IMG/VR virus record: IMGVR_UViG_3300017962_000042
Location: 1-34,835 of that record
Source: a virus
Lineage: Duplodnaviria > Caudoviricetes
DNA: 34,835 nt
Direction: 5' to 3' (one strand)
Positions 1 to 8,011 of the stretch are shown here, one piece after another. Each line of letters starts with the position of its first letter. Position 1 is the stretch's first letter. The notes below the pieces were generated by a model. It did not search any database. It had not been told where the DNA came from and saw nothing but the letters and a program-made list of their open reading frames with translations. The translations under genes and the position numbers were made by a program.

Positions 1-299
1 ATATCTCTTTTGTCTTTATAGTAAAGATCGTGATTGCCTGGAAAAAAGTAAAACTTATCAAATGCTTTACCTAGTTTTTCCAGTGAACGCAAACTAGCAT
101 CCATTGTGGTTAAATTTAACGCACTTCTATTGTGATGCCAATCGCCTGTGAATATTCCTACATCACAGCCGTTTGCTTTTGCTTGTTCTATATACCAATC
201 AACAAATCTTTCACAGTCATCGTTGTGAATTTTACTGTTTGATTTAAGTCCAAAGTGAATATCTGTAAACACTGCGGCCTTTTTGAATAATTGTGCCAT
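1..299 (-). CDS. gp47: Recombination endonuclease subunit, T4 gp47-like (Mre11/SbcD metallophosphoesterase); 5' part only, runs off the window
   Basis: Not in the ORF track. Manual translation from ATG at 299 gives MAQLFKKAAVFTDIHFGLKSNS...GIFTGDWHHNR...FFPGNHDLYYKDKRD, with the DxH, GDxxH and GNHD phosphoesterase motifs. SD-like AAGGAAAGG lies just upstream. It follows gp55 on the same strand, as in T4-like phages. Confidence 0.92.
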   Translation of the reverse strand, partial: MAQLFKKAAVFTDIHFGLKSNSKIHNDDCERFVDWYIEQAKANGCDVGIFTGDWHHNRSALNLTTMDASLRSLEKLGKAFDKFYFFPGNHDLYYKDKRD

Positions 300-324
300 G
301 CCTTTCCTTATACTAATCTAATAC

Positions 325-354
325 ATTATACGAGAAAACTATACAGTTTGTCAA
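325..354 (-). promoter_or_regulatory. Sigma70-type promoter for gp47
   Basis: Minus strand reads TTGACA (354-349), 18-nt spacer, TATAAT (330-325). Both hexamers are perfect and lie in the short gap between the gp55 stop and the gp47 start. Confidence 0.8.
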
Positions 355-356
355 CC

Positions 357-1211
357 TTAATAGTCTGCTTTTGGACGTCTAATACTTTTATAAAACTCCG
401 CAAGTTTTTCTTTGTCCTCTTTAAACACATTTTCATTCTGTCTAGTAAAGGAAGGATTAAGATTGTTTTCCTGCAAGATGTCGTCTCTAATGTTTTGATT
501 TTTCTTTTCTATGTTTAATACTCTTGTAAAACTGTTTGTAACTGCGGCAGTATAATATGCAAACGGATTTTCACTTTTGCTTTCGTCAAACTGTAAACCA
601 ATTTGTGAAAGTTGTAGCACAGCCTGTGCTCTCATCTCATCATTGTATGTGTAACCACGCCAGTTTGAACGTGTTCCGTATCTGTCAGCAAGTTTTAGGA
701 ACATTCTTCCTAGTTCTTCTGTAATACGTCCGTGTGTTTTATTAAAACTGCCATTTTGCATACCGCCTTGCCAGTGACTTTTACCAACACAAATCAAGTT
801 GTCGTTTTCATCGTACTTCCAGTGCTGAAACGGTGGAAAGTTTACTTTAGTGTGTTCATCTGCTATAGTTTTAGTTTTACGTTTTCTTGTTGAATCTTTG
901 GGAATATGATCAAATGTCATAATTCTAAAAACTAAATCTGTTTTTTCAATTTTACGCCAATCTGGTGTTACATCTGCTAATTTGGTCTTTTTATCACCGG
1001 CTTCTCGTGCATCTTCATAGGCTTGCTTGCCAATCCTTGATGCTCTATTTCTTTTTGCTTCTGCTACTGTTAATCTGTTTACTTTTTCTAAACTTGGTAA
1101 AATAATGTCAAACTGTGCGTATTCGTCGTCTGTAAACGAACTAAAACTGACTTTTGACTTGTGAATCTGCTTTAGCAAGTCTCTATTGTTAAGATACTTT
1201 ACTCTTCTCAT
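357..1211 (-). CDS. gp55: Late transcription sigma factor, T4 gp55-like, with a large internal insertion
   Basis: N-terminal YLNNRDLL and core NWRGYTYNDEM...FDESKSENPFAYYT...NSFTRVLNIEKK match gp55-family motifs. It is adjacent to gp47. I place the start at 1211 (MRRVKY) because GGAG sits 6 nt upstream; the ORF track start at 1223 is the alternative. Confidence 0.88.
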   Translation of the reverse strand: MRRVKYLNNRDLLKQIHKSKVSFSSFTDDEYAQFDIILPSLEKVNRLTVAEAKRNRASRIGKQAYEDAREAGDKKTKLADVTPDWRKIEKTDLVFRIMTFDHIPKDSTRKRKTKTIADEHTKVNFPPFQHWKYDENDNLICVGKSHWQGGMQNGSFNKTHGRITEELGRMFLKLADRYGTRSNWRGYTYNDEMRAQAVLQLSQIGLQFDESKSENPFAYYTAAVTNSFTRVLNIEKKNQNIRDDILQENNLNPSFTRQNENVFKEDKEKLAEFYKSIRRPKADY

Positions 1212-1224
1212 GATTTTCTCCATT

Positions 1225-1232
1225 TATAAATA
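1225..1232 (+). promoter_or_regulatory. T4-consensus late promoter box TATAAATA
   Basis: Exact T4 late consensus, upstream of the baseplate operon. AT-rich context lowers specificity, and it lacks the upstream MGYA element seen at the other boxes. Confidence 0.45.
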
Positions 1233-1234
1233 GT

Positions 1235-1263
1235 ATTATAAACTACGTAGTTAATTTTTGCAA
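1235..1263 (-). promoter_or_regulatory. Sigma70-type promoter for gp55
   Basis: Minus strand reads TTGCAA (1263-1258), 17-nt spacer, TATAAT (1240-1235), just upstream of the gp55 RBS. Confidence 0.65.
1241..1252. repeat. Perfect 12-bp palindrome AACTACGTAGTT, operator-like
   Basis: Self-complementary sequence in the spacer of the gp55 promoter. A related site AAACTATACAGTTT lies at 336-349. Confidence 0.6.
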
Positions 1264-1269
1264 TAAATA
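1246..1269 (+). promoter_or_regulatory. Candidate late promoter of the baseplate operon (CGTA-N14-TAAATA)
   Basis: AATAAATA at 1262-1269, followed by the SD AAGGA and the ATG at 1296. CGTA starts 18 nt before TAAATA. Confidence 0.6.
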
Positions 1270-1295
1270 TTTGTACCAAAAGGAACCAAAACGAT

Positions 1296-2183
1296 ATGTC
1301 ATATGAAAACGAAAGAGGCCGTAGTCCTACAGTAAGCGAATTTACAAACCCGCAACGTGGCGGCAGTAATGCACGTAACGAAGCAGAAAGCGGACAATTC
1401 ATTACAGATGGATTTGATGCAGGTAAATTTGGTACAAGCATTGTAGAAGGCGCAAAAGACCTAGGACGTGGTATAACGAGTAGTTTTGTTGAACAATCTG
1501 GGTTAGCACCTGGATTGCAAAGATTATCTAGTTTAGGTGTTCTTCCTGGCGCTGAATTCATAGGCAACTTACTTGGTATCAATAGTGCAGGTGCATGGCA
1601 AGACTCTAGAGTAAGAATTAAAATACCTCAATACTATCTACAAGGTCCTGCTGAATGGTTAAGACAGTCTGGTGACGGAGGAGTTGTGTTTCCTTATACA
1701 CCACAAATTGTTATGACTCATAGAGCAACTTATAATTCAATACAACCTACACATAGTAATTATGCCTTCCATGCTTATCAAAACAGCAATCTTGAAAGTA
1801 TATCAATTGTTGCAACTTTTTCTGCACAAAATGAAGGTGATGGAAGATATGTTTTGGGTGCTATGCATGCCTTGAGAGCATGTACAAAAATGCATTTTGG
1901 TGAATCAAGTTTTCAAGGTGCTCCGCCACCTGTTTTAAGATTAAGCGGATACGGTGATTACATGTTTAACGACATGCCAATTGTGATTTCACAATTCTTT
2001 TATACACTTAACGAAGATGTTGACTATATTGAAGTTGACGACCCTAGCGGTGGTAGAACAAGTGTTCCTACTAGATCAGAATTTACAATAGAATGTTTAC
2101 CAGCATTCAGCAGAAGAGACCAAGCATCGTTTTCTATGGATACTTTTGTTTCTGGAGAGTTAAGAGGTAAAGGATTTATCTAA
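1296..2183 (+). CDS. Baseplate tail-tube initiator/cap-like protein (gp48/gp54-like)
   Basis: GVVFPYTPQI...PTHSNY...GAPPPVLRLSGYG...MPIVISQF resembles tube-initiator proteins. It is the first gene before the gp53, hub and spike genes. Confidence 0.6.
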   Translation: MSYENERGRSPTVSEFTNPQRGGSNARNEAESGQFITDGFDAGKFGTSIVEGAKDLGRGITSSFVEQSGLAPGLQRLSSLGVLPGAEFIGNLLGINSAGAWQDSRVRIKIPQYYLQGPAEWLRQSGDGGVVFPYTPQIVMTHRATYNSIQPTHSNYAFHAYQNSNLESISIVATFSAQNEGDGRYVLGAMHALRACTKMHFGESSFQGAPPPVLRLSGYGDYMFNDMPIVISQFFYTLNEDVDYIEVDDPSGGRTSVPTRSEFTIECLPAFSRRDQASFSMDTFVSGELRGKGFI

Positions 2184-2482
2184 TGGCAAAATATTCTAAA
2201 AGAAGCATATACGGATCAACTAACCAATCAAATAATATTTTAGGTATTTTAGATTATAGACGTATCCCACAAAACGACAGTGATACACAGGTTGTTCTTC
2301 AAGCACAATATAATTATAGACCAGATTTATTAGCAAGTGACTTATATGGTGATCCTGAACTATGGTGGGTTTTTAAGGCTAGAAATCCTAACATAATTGA
2401 TGATCCTATTTTTGATTTTGTTGCAGGTATAGAAATTAAATTACCTCCTTTGAGTTTATTACGCAGTGTAATAGGAGATTAA
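2183..2482 (+). CDS. gp53: Baseplate wedge protein, gp53-like (LysM-like fold)
   Basis: YRPDLLASDLYGDPELWWVF..RNP..DP.FDF..G..IKLP is the typical gp53 signature. TAATG overlap with the previous gene. Confidence 0.85.
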   Translation: MAKYSKRSIYGSTNQSNNILGILDYRRIPQNDSDTQVVLQAQYNYRPDLLASDLYGDPELWWVFKARNPNIIDDPIFDFVAGIEIKLPPLSLLRSVIGD

Positions 2483-2485
2483 TAT

Positions 2486-5400
2486 ATGTCTCTTGGAAAA
2501 ATATCTCAATTCAAAAATGCAAAATTAATTTCAAACTATAAAAATGATTTGGGATTAAGTTCAGCAGATATGGATTTAGATATGATGGGTCCACCATCAA
2601 AAGATGATGTAATTAGAAGAGGCTATTTAGGACAACTAGGTGAAGGCGATCTATTAACAAACACATCAAAGGATTTTTTTAATGGAAAACCATACAACCG
2701 TTTACATGACTACAATTCGTACAACGCTATTTTTACATTATTAAGTTTAAGTCCTTTTCAAAAATCAAACCCTAGCACCTATCAAGGTAAAATTCACGCA
2801 GACGGTAACGGACAATGGGGTAAAGAAAGCACAGATTTTTATACTATATTAAGAAGTGGTGGTTACAATAGAAATACTGGATCTAGTTCGTTTTACTATC
2901 AAAATATTACCAGCCAAGAAGGGCAAGATTATATTAAAGAAAGAAATGTTGACACAGGTGATTTTGCGGCATCGGTAGGTGAGCAAACAATGATAGACGG
3001 TAGATTTAACGAAGGATCTGGTGCTTTGAAACAAGGTTCAAACAAAAAGAAAGATCTTTTTATTGAAGATGTAAAATTTACAAATGTTACTAGAGTGGGC
3101 AATTATGTAGGCACTAATTTAACACAAGGTTCGTTTCAAGTCGTTGAGCCTCACGGTGTGGGAGGTTTTTATGAAGAATTATACTTTGCAAGTGAATTTG
3201 CAGGACACAAAAATTATACAAGTGCAAGTTATCTTTTAGTTTGCAGTTTCATTGGTAGAAAGGCTGGAGATTCTCCTCCAGTAATTATTCCTGGAACAAC
3301 AAGATATTTTCCAATTGCTATTACAAACAGTTCTATGAGCGTAACTGAAGCAGGAGCAACATATGCTGTTCAGTTTAAAGGATTGGGTGCAGAAGTAGGT
3401 GACCCAACTACACAGGTTTTACGAGAAAATATTAAAGGTCCTGAAGTAGATGTACCAAGCGTAGGACGTATTTTACTTCATTTATTCAAAGAACATAATC
3501 TTGAAGTTGAGAAAATCACCAAACAACAGAAAGCAAATGAAACTAGTAGTGCTGAACAACAACGTGCTATTGGATTAGCCCAGTCTGGTGCTGGAAAAAA
3601 AATTAAGGTAGAGGCGAATTTGCCTCACAGATATTGTATATGGTTTCCTAAAGCATATGCCAAATATAGTAAAGCCGATAGCGGATTTGACAAAGACGGT
3701 TACACAGAATTCGGTGAGACACAGTATGATGAATATGACGACGAATACACGGAAGGATTTTCAACAGGTGCAGGAGAAGTTTTTCCAAGCACTTTAGATG
3801 AAATAGGTTATGACCAATGGGTTTCGTACAGTGGATCAAATCTAGACAAACTAAAAGGTAGATATTTTGAAGAATCAGATGAAAAAAAGAATGCAAGTGG
3901 TCAACAGCAAGGAGCATTGCTTTCTAAAGGAAAACGTTTAACTCCGTATTCAAATTATTTGAGTGCCAGTAGAATGAAAACTGGTGAACTAGCATACAGT
4001 GATTCGTATTTTGTTCCTGATCTTGAAAAAGAAATAACCAAAAGAAATGAAACACTTGAACCTTATCTAAAGGAATTAAAGCGATTAGAAACAGCCGCAC
4101 AAACTGCTGAAGGTTTAGCAACAATACAACAGGAAAATTTAGAAGCATGGCAAAAACAATATCTAGTAAATGGAAAATTTAGTCCAGATAATTTAACAAC
4201 TGATTCTCAAAGAAAAGATTGGGCAAAGAACTATCAAGCACTGCAAGACGCAATCAAAGCAAAAAACGAGGCTAGAAAAGCAGTTAATGATTACAAGAAA
4301 AAATTAGAAGAAGTTAAAAACAATGAAAATACTCCTTCTCCTCCAACTGAAGTTGTATTCTTTGGAAAAAATAGATCAACTTGGCAGTTTAGAAAAGGAA
4401 AAAGTTTAACAGATCTAATTCACAGAGTTATACTAGACAGTGCATATGTTACAGAACTATTCACAAATCAATCAAAATGGTCTCAAGTTTTAAAAGACGG
4501 AATGGTGCCTTGGTATAGAATCGAAACGATGTCAAAAACAATTGGTTTTGATACAGTAAAAAATGCACCAGTTTATGAATTTCATTATATGATTGTACCT
4601 TATCAAGTGCATTACAGCCAATTACCTGGTGTACAAAACGGTCCACTGAATTATGATGCTTTGTATAAGAGAGTGGTTAGGGAATACAATTATATTTTTA
4701 CAGGAAAAAATCTAGACATCTTAAATTTAGATCTGCAATTTAACAATTTATTTTTAATGAGAACAAATGTTAGATCGCAAACAACAGAAGCGTCAAACAC
4801 AGATAACCAACCTAAACAGAATGAAAAACTACCAGACGCTAACTCTGTTCAGGCATTGGCAAACATGGTCGGAGCGCCACGAAAAGTTGATGTTGATGAA
4901 ATTAATAATGATCAAGGTAGTGGTAAACCTAGTACCAACCAAGGAACACTAGCAAGACAATTACATGATAGAATGTATTCAGATGGAACAAAAGATCTAA
5001 TAAATGTAAATTTAGAGATAGTAGGGGATCCCGTTTACATGATTGGAAGTGGAAACACACATAGGCCAGGCATCACCGGCGATGGATTAGAAACTGATCA
5101 AGGAGAAGTAAACTTTTTTGATAGAGTCCCGTATATTAAATTGAACATAGGATTTCCAGAAGATACACCAACAGCAAATGAATTAAAAAATGGCCAGTAT
5201 ACACAAAAAATAAAATACAGTAGATATGGCGGATTTTTTGAAATATTCCAAACAGACAGTTCGTTTGATCAAGGAATATTCAAACAGGTTTTGCATTTAA
5301 AACGTTTACCAAATCAGAAAGGTGATTTCCAAGACGAAGTAGTGGTTGAAGAACCTGTATTTGCTGAAGAACCTAAAACAGGAACAGAAAATGCACCTGA

Positions 5401-5716
5401 TGATCAAATCCAAAAAGCAGATAAAGATCCTAAAGTTCCTATAGACGGAGAAGCAGAAGAAAATCTAGGTCAACAAGCACTTGGTACTTTACAAGATGCT
5501 GGCGGGTTTGTTGTAGATACCATAAGTGATATAGGTACAGGCATAGGTAATGTAATTACATCTGTAGGAGAAGGAGTTTCTGGAGTTATAAATTCAGTAA
5601 GTGATGGCGTATCAGGAACACTTGGTAAAATTTATAACAGCGTAGCAGGTGAAGGCGCTGAAGGAAACCAAAATCAAGATGCAAACGACGGCAACGACAC
5701 AGGAGGTCCTAGATAA
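2486..5716 (+). CDS. Baseplate hub protein, gp27/VgrG-N-like, enlarged (1076 aa)
   Basis: Lies between gp53 and the spike. C-terminal NLEIVGDP...YGGFFEIFQTDSSFDQGIFKQVLHLKR fits the hub barrel pattern, and YNYIFTGKNLDILNLDLQFN is also present. Contains internal coiled-coil and acidic insertions. Confidence 0.65.
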   Translation: MSLGKISQFKNAKLISNYKNDLGLSSADMDLDMMGPPSKDDVIRRGYLGQLGEGDLLTNTSKDFFNGKPYNRLHDYNSYNAIFTLLSLSPFQKSNPSTYQGKIHADGNGQWGKESTDFYTILRSGGYNRNTGSSSFYYQNITSQEGQDYIKERNVDTGDFAASVGEQTMIDGRFNEGSGALKQGSNKKKDLFIEDVKFTNVTRVGNYVGTNLTQGSFQVVEPHGVGGFYEELYFASEFAGHKNYTSASYLLVCSFIGRKAGDSPPVIIPGTTRYFPIAITNSSMSVTEAGATYAVQFKGLGAEVGDPTTQVLRENIKGPEVDVPSVGRILLHLFKEHNLEVEKITKQQKANETSSAEQQRAIGLAQSGAGKKIKVEANLPHRYCIWFPKAYAKYSKADSGFDKDGYTEFGETQYDEYDDEYTEGFSTGAGEVFPSTLDEIGYDQWVSYSGSNLDKLKGRYFEESDEKKNASGQQQGALLSKGKRLTPYSNYLSASRMKTGELAYSDSYFVPDLEKEITKRNETLEPYLKELKRLETAAQTAEGLATIQQENLEAWQKQYLVNGKFSPDNLTTDSQRKDWAKNYQALQDAIKAKNEARKAVNDYKKKLEEVKNNENTPSPPTEVVFFGKNRSTWQFRKGKSLTDLIHRVILDSAYVTELFTNQSKWSQVLKDGMVPWYRIETMSKTIGFDTVKNAPVYEFHYMIVPYQVHYSQLPGVQNGPLNYDALYKRVVREYNYIFTGKNLDILNLDLQFNNLFLMRTNVRSQTTEASNTDNQPKQNEKLPDANSVQALANMVGAPRKVDVDEINNDQGSGKPSTNQGTLARQLHDRMYSDGTKDLINVNLEIVGDPVYMIGSGNTHRPGITGDGLETDQGEVNFFDRVPYIKLNIGFPEDTPTANELKNGQYTQKIKYSRYGGFFEIFQTDSSFDQGIFKQVLHLKRLPNQKGDFQDEVVVEEPVFAEEPKTGTENAPDDQIQKADKDPKVPIDGEAEENLGQQALGTLQDAGGFVVDTISDIGTGIGNVITSVGEGVSGVINSVSDGVSGTLGKIYNSVAGEGAEGNQNQDANDGNDTGGPR
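5510..5641 (+). repeat. Four tandem 11-aa amphipathic repeats at the hub C-terminus
   Basis: VVDTISDIGTG / IGNVITSVGEG / VSGVINSVSDG / VSGTLGKIYNS. Confidence 0.7.
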
Positions 5717-7533
5717 TGCCCATTTACACAAATAGATCTACTGCAAACGCACAGAATCCAAAAAGACAACAGCGATCGGAAGAACAATTAGCAGAAGGTC
5801 CAATTAGAGTTGCTATTGTAGAAAGCAATACTGACTTCAACAGGAACGGCAGTTTGTTAGTTACACTTCTTGGGTCGCAAGATTCAGATAGATCGAGTGA
5901 GAATGCAAAAGTAAGTGTAAGGTGTTTGTTCCCTTTTTATTCTGTAAAAGATTATGTTGTATCAGGAACAGATCCACAAAAATTTGAAGACAGTCAACAA
6001 GCATATGGCATGGTGTTTCCTGCTCCTCAAGTCGGAACAAAAGGTTTAGTTTTACTAGCAGGATCAAATACAGGTAATATTTCACAAGGTTATTGGATCG
6101 GTGCCGTACACGAGCAAGATATGAATCATGCTATTCCTGACTTTGCGGCAAGCGACGATATAGCCGCAGATGGCCAAACAATAAAAGAATACAGTCCTAT
6201 ACATGGATTACCAGTGGGCGAATTTGTAAAAAGAGCCCATGTTGGACAAGTTCCAGATCAAAACAAAAAGAAAAAACCAATACATCCTTTTGCAGATGTT
6301 TTAAAAACACAAGGGTTACTTGCTGATCCTCAACGTGGAGTTTCCACAAGCAGTTATAGAAGAGAAACAGCACCTAGACTGTTTGGTATATGTACACCAG
6401 GTCAATGGGGTACTACAGAAAAACTTGTTGGACCAAAAAAAGTAAAATCAAAAGTAACTAAATTAGGTGGACATGTTTTTGTAATGGACGACGGTGACGG
6501 ACAAGGTGATAATAATTTAGTAAGGATTAGAACACGAAACGGTCATCAAGTATTGCTTAATGACACAGATGATTTTGTTTATATCGGTAACTCTAAAGGT
6601 ACAGCATGGGTTGAATTAACCTCTAATGGTAAGATTGATATTTTTGCTCAAGACAGCGTAAGCATTCATACAAAACAAGATTTTAATTTTTATGCAGATA
6701 GAGACATTAATTTTGAAGCAGGTAGAAATTTTAATCTAAAAGCAAATGCTAATTCACAAATTGAAACTAGAGGAGATCATACATTTATTGTTAATGGAAA
6801 TGGAAAACTTGAAATTAGAGGAGACACAGAGTTTACTACAACAGACTATTCTCTGCATGTAAAAGACTTTGACGTTACAAGTTTTAATCACAATCATACA
6901 AACTTTGCAGATACAACTATAAAAACAGGCAACTACGATTTACATACTTCTTTTGGTATAAAACAAACTGCGGGAGACGGAATAGATCTAAAAGCAAATA
7001 GTCCAGCAACTTTTGCAGAAATATATTCTGATCAATTATACTTTCCAGGATATACTGTTACAAAGGTAGACGGTGGTCAGTTAAAAACATTTCGTTGCAA
7101 GAAAAAGAATCTAAAAGATTTTAAATTTGTTGCACCACCAGATGGAGATTTTTGGGAACAAGTTGGCACAACTGGTGATGGTAGTAAAGCAATAAGTTTA
7201 GAAACTTCAACTGGTAATATAAATGTTAAAACAGATAAAATTGTTTATGTTGATGGTACAGAAGCAGTGCATCTAAATTTACCTGGTGCGGCAAGTGCAA
7301 ATCCAGCAGTAACTGAACAAGCAACACCAACTGTTTTTCCTGTAAACTTAAATGTACATGGAAACAAAGATGCATCACCAGAAGAAAAATGGAGTAATTG
7401 GAAACACTATCAATTAGATAATCCGTTGTACAGTATCATGAAACGCATACCTACACACGAGCCTTGGGTAAATCACGAAAATAATTCTCCAATTGACAGT
7501 GCTCCAGAAATTACAGATAGAGAGGTTGAATAA
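5716..7533 (+). CDS. gp5: Baseplate central spike, gp5/VgrG-like (OB-fold plus beta-helix), with no recognisable lysozyme domain
   Basis: OB-fold-like N-terminus (AIVESNTDFNRNGSLLV...PAPQVGTKGLV...YWIG). Then GGHVFVMDDG...RIRTRNGHQVLLNDT...WVELTSNGKIDI and about 8-residue beta-helix repeats. Directly precedes gp25. Confidence 0.82.
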   Translation: MPIYTNRSTANAQNPKRQQRSEEQLAEGPIRVAIVESNTDFNRNGSLLVTLLGSQDSDRSSENAKVSVRCLFPFYSVKDYVVSGTDPQKFEDSQQAYGMVFPAPQVGTKGLVLLAGSNTGNISQGYWIGAVHEQDMNHAIPDFAASDDIAADGQTIKEYSPIHGLPVGEFVKRAHVGQVPDQNKKKKPIHPFADVLKTQGLLADPQRGVSTSSYRRETAPRLFGICTPGQWGTTEKLVGPKKVKSKVTKLGGHVFVMDDGDGQGDNNLVRIRTRNGHQVLLNDTDDFVYIGNSKGTAWVELTSNGKIDIFAQDSVSIHTKQDFNFYADRDINFEAGRNFNLKANANSQIETRGDHTFIVNGNGKLEIRGDTEFTTTDYSLHVKDFDVTSFNHNHTNFADTTIKTGNYDLHTSFGIKQTAGDGIDLKANSPATFAEIYSDQLYFPGYTVTKVDGGQLKTFRCKKKNLKDFKFVAPPDGDFWEQVGTTGDGSKAISLETSTGNINVKTDKIVYVDGTEAVHLNLPGAASANPAVTEQATPTVFPVNLNVHGNKDASPEEKWSNWKHYQLDNPLYSIMKRIPTHEPWVNHENNSPIDSAPEITDREVE

Positions 7534-7973
7534 TGGCTAGATATAATGACTTAACAATAAAACCAAATCCAACTAACAAAGGTAACACTGGAAGAAACAC
7601 CCAGATTTATAGAGGTATAAGCACAGTCAATCCAGACAGCAAAAATTACAATCTATATGATATTAACCTAATCAAACAGGACCTTTTGAACCATTTCCAA
7701 ATTAGAAAAGGTGAAAAAATAAACAATCCAGAATTTGGCAGTATTATTTGGAATACATTGTACGAACCGCTAACACAAGAAACACGCGATGCTATTACAG
7801 CAGATGTTAGCACTATAGTAAACAACGACCCTCGTGTTTCGGTCGATGCATTAAGCATAGTAGAAAAAGACTACGGAATACAAATTGCAGTTACTCTGTC
7901 ATATCTAAAGTACAGTATTAAAGAAACATTGCGTTTAAACTTTGATAGAGATAACGGATTAATAGCACAGTAA
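7533..7973 (+). CDS. gp25: Baseplate wedge / sheath initiator, gp25-like
   Basis: IKQDLLNHFQIRKGEKINNPEFGSIIW..LYEP...DPRV matches the GPW/gp25 family, and 146 aa is the expected size. Confidence 0.92.
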   Translation: MARYNDLTIKPNPTNKGNTGRNTQIYRGISTVNPDSKNYNLYDINLIKQDLLNHFQIRKGEKINNPEFGSIIWNTLYEPLTQETRDAITADVSTIVNNDPRVSVDALSIVEKDYGIQIAVTLSYLKYSIKETLRLNFDRDNGLIAQ

Positions 7974-7982
7974 AATAATGTG

Positions 7983-8006
7983 CGTACATTAAAGGTAAGG
8001 TAAATA
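7983..8006 (+). promoter_or_regulatory. Candidate late promoter for gp6 (CGTA-N14-TAAATA)
   Basis: GGTAAATA at 7999-8006 in the 38-nt intergenic gap. CGTA lies 18 nt upstream, inside the inverted repeat TAATGT-GCGT-ACATTA (7976-7991). Confidence 0.6.
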
Positions 8007-8011
8007 TTGAT

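Noticed and set aside
291-518. 75-aa plus-strand ORF
   Set aside because: Antisense to gp55 and gp47 and crosses their promoter; TTG start and no protein-like features.
1208-1582. 124-aa minus-strand ORF overlapping the gp55 start
   Set aside because: Shadow of the 1296..2183 gene, and it runs through the promoter region; composition is typical of antisense frames.
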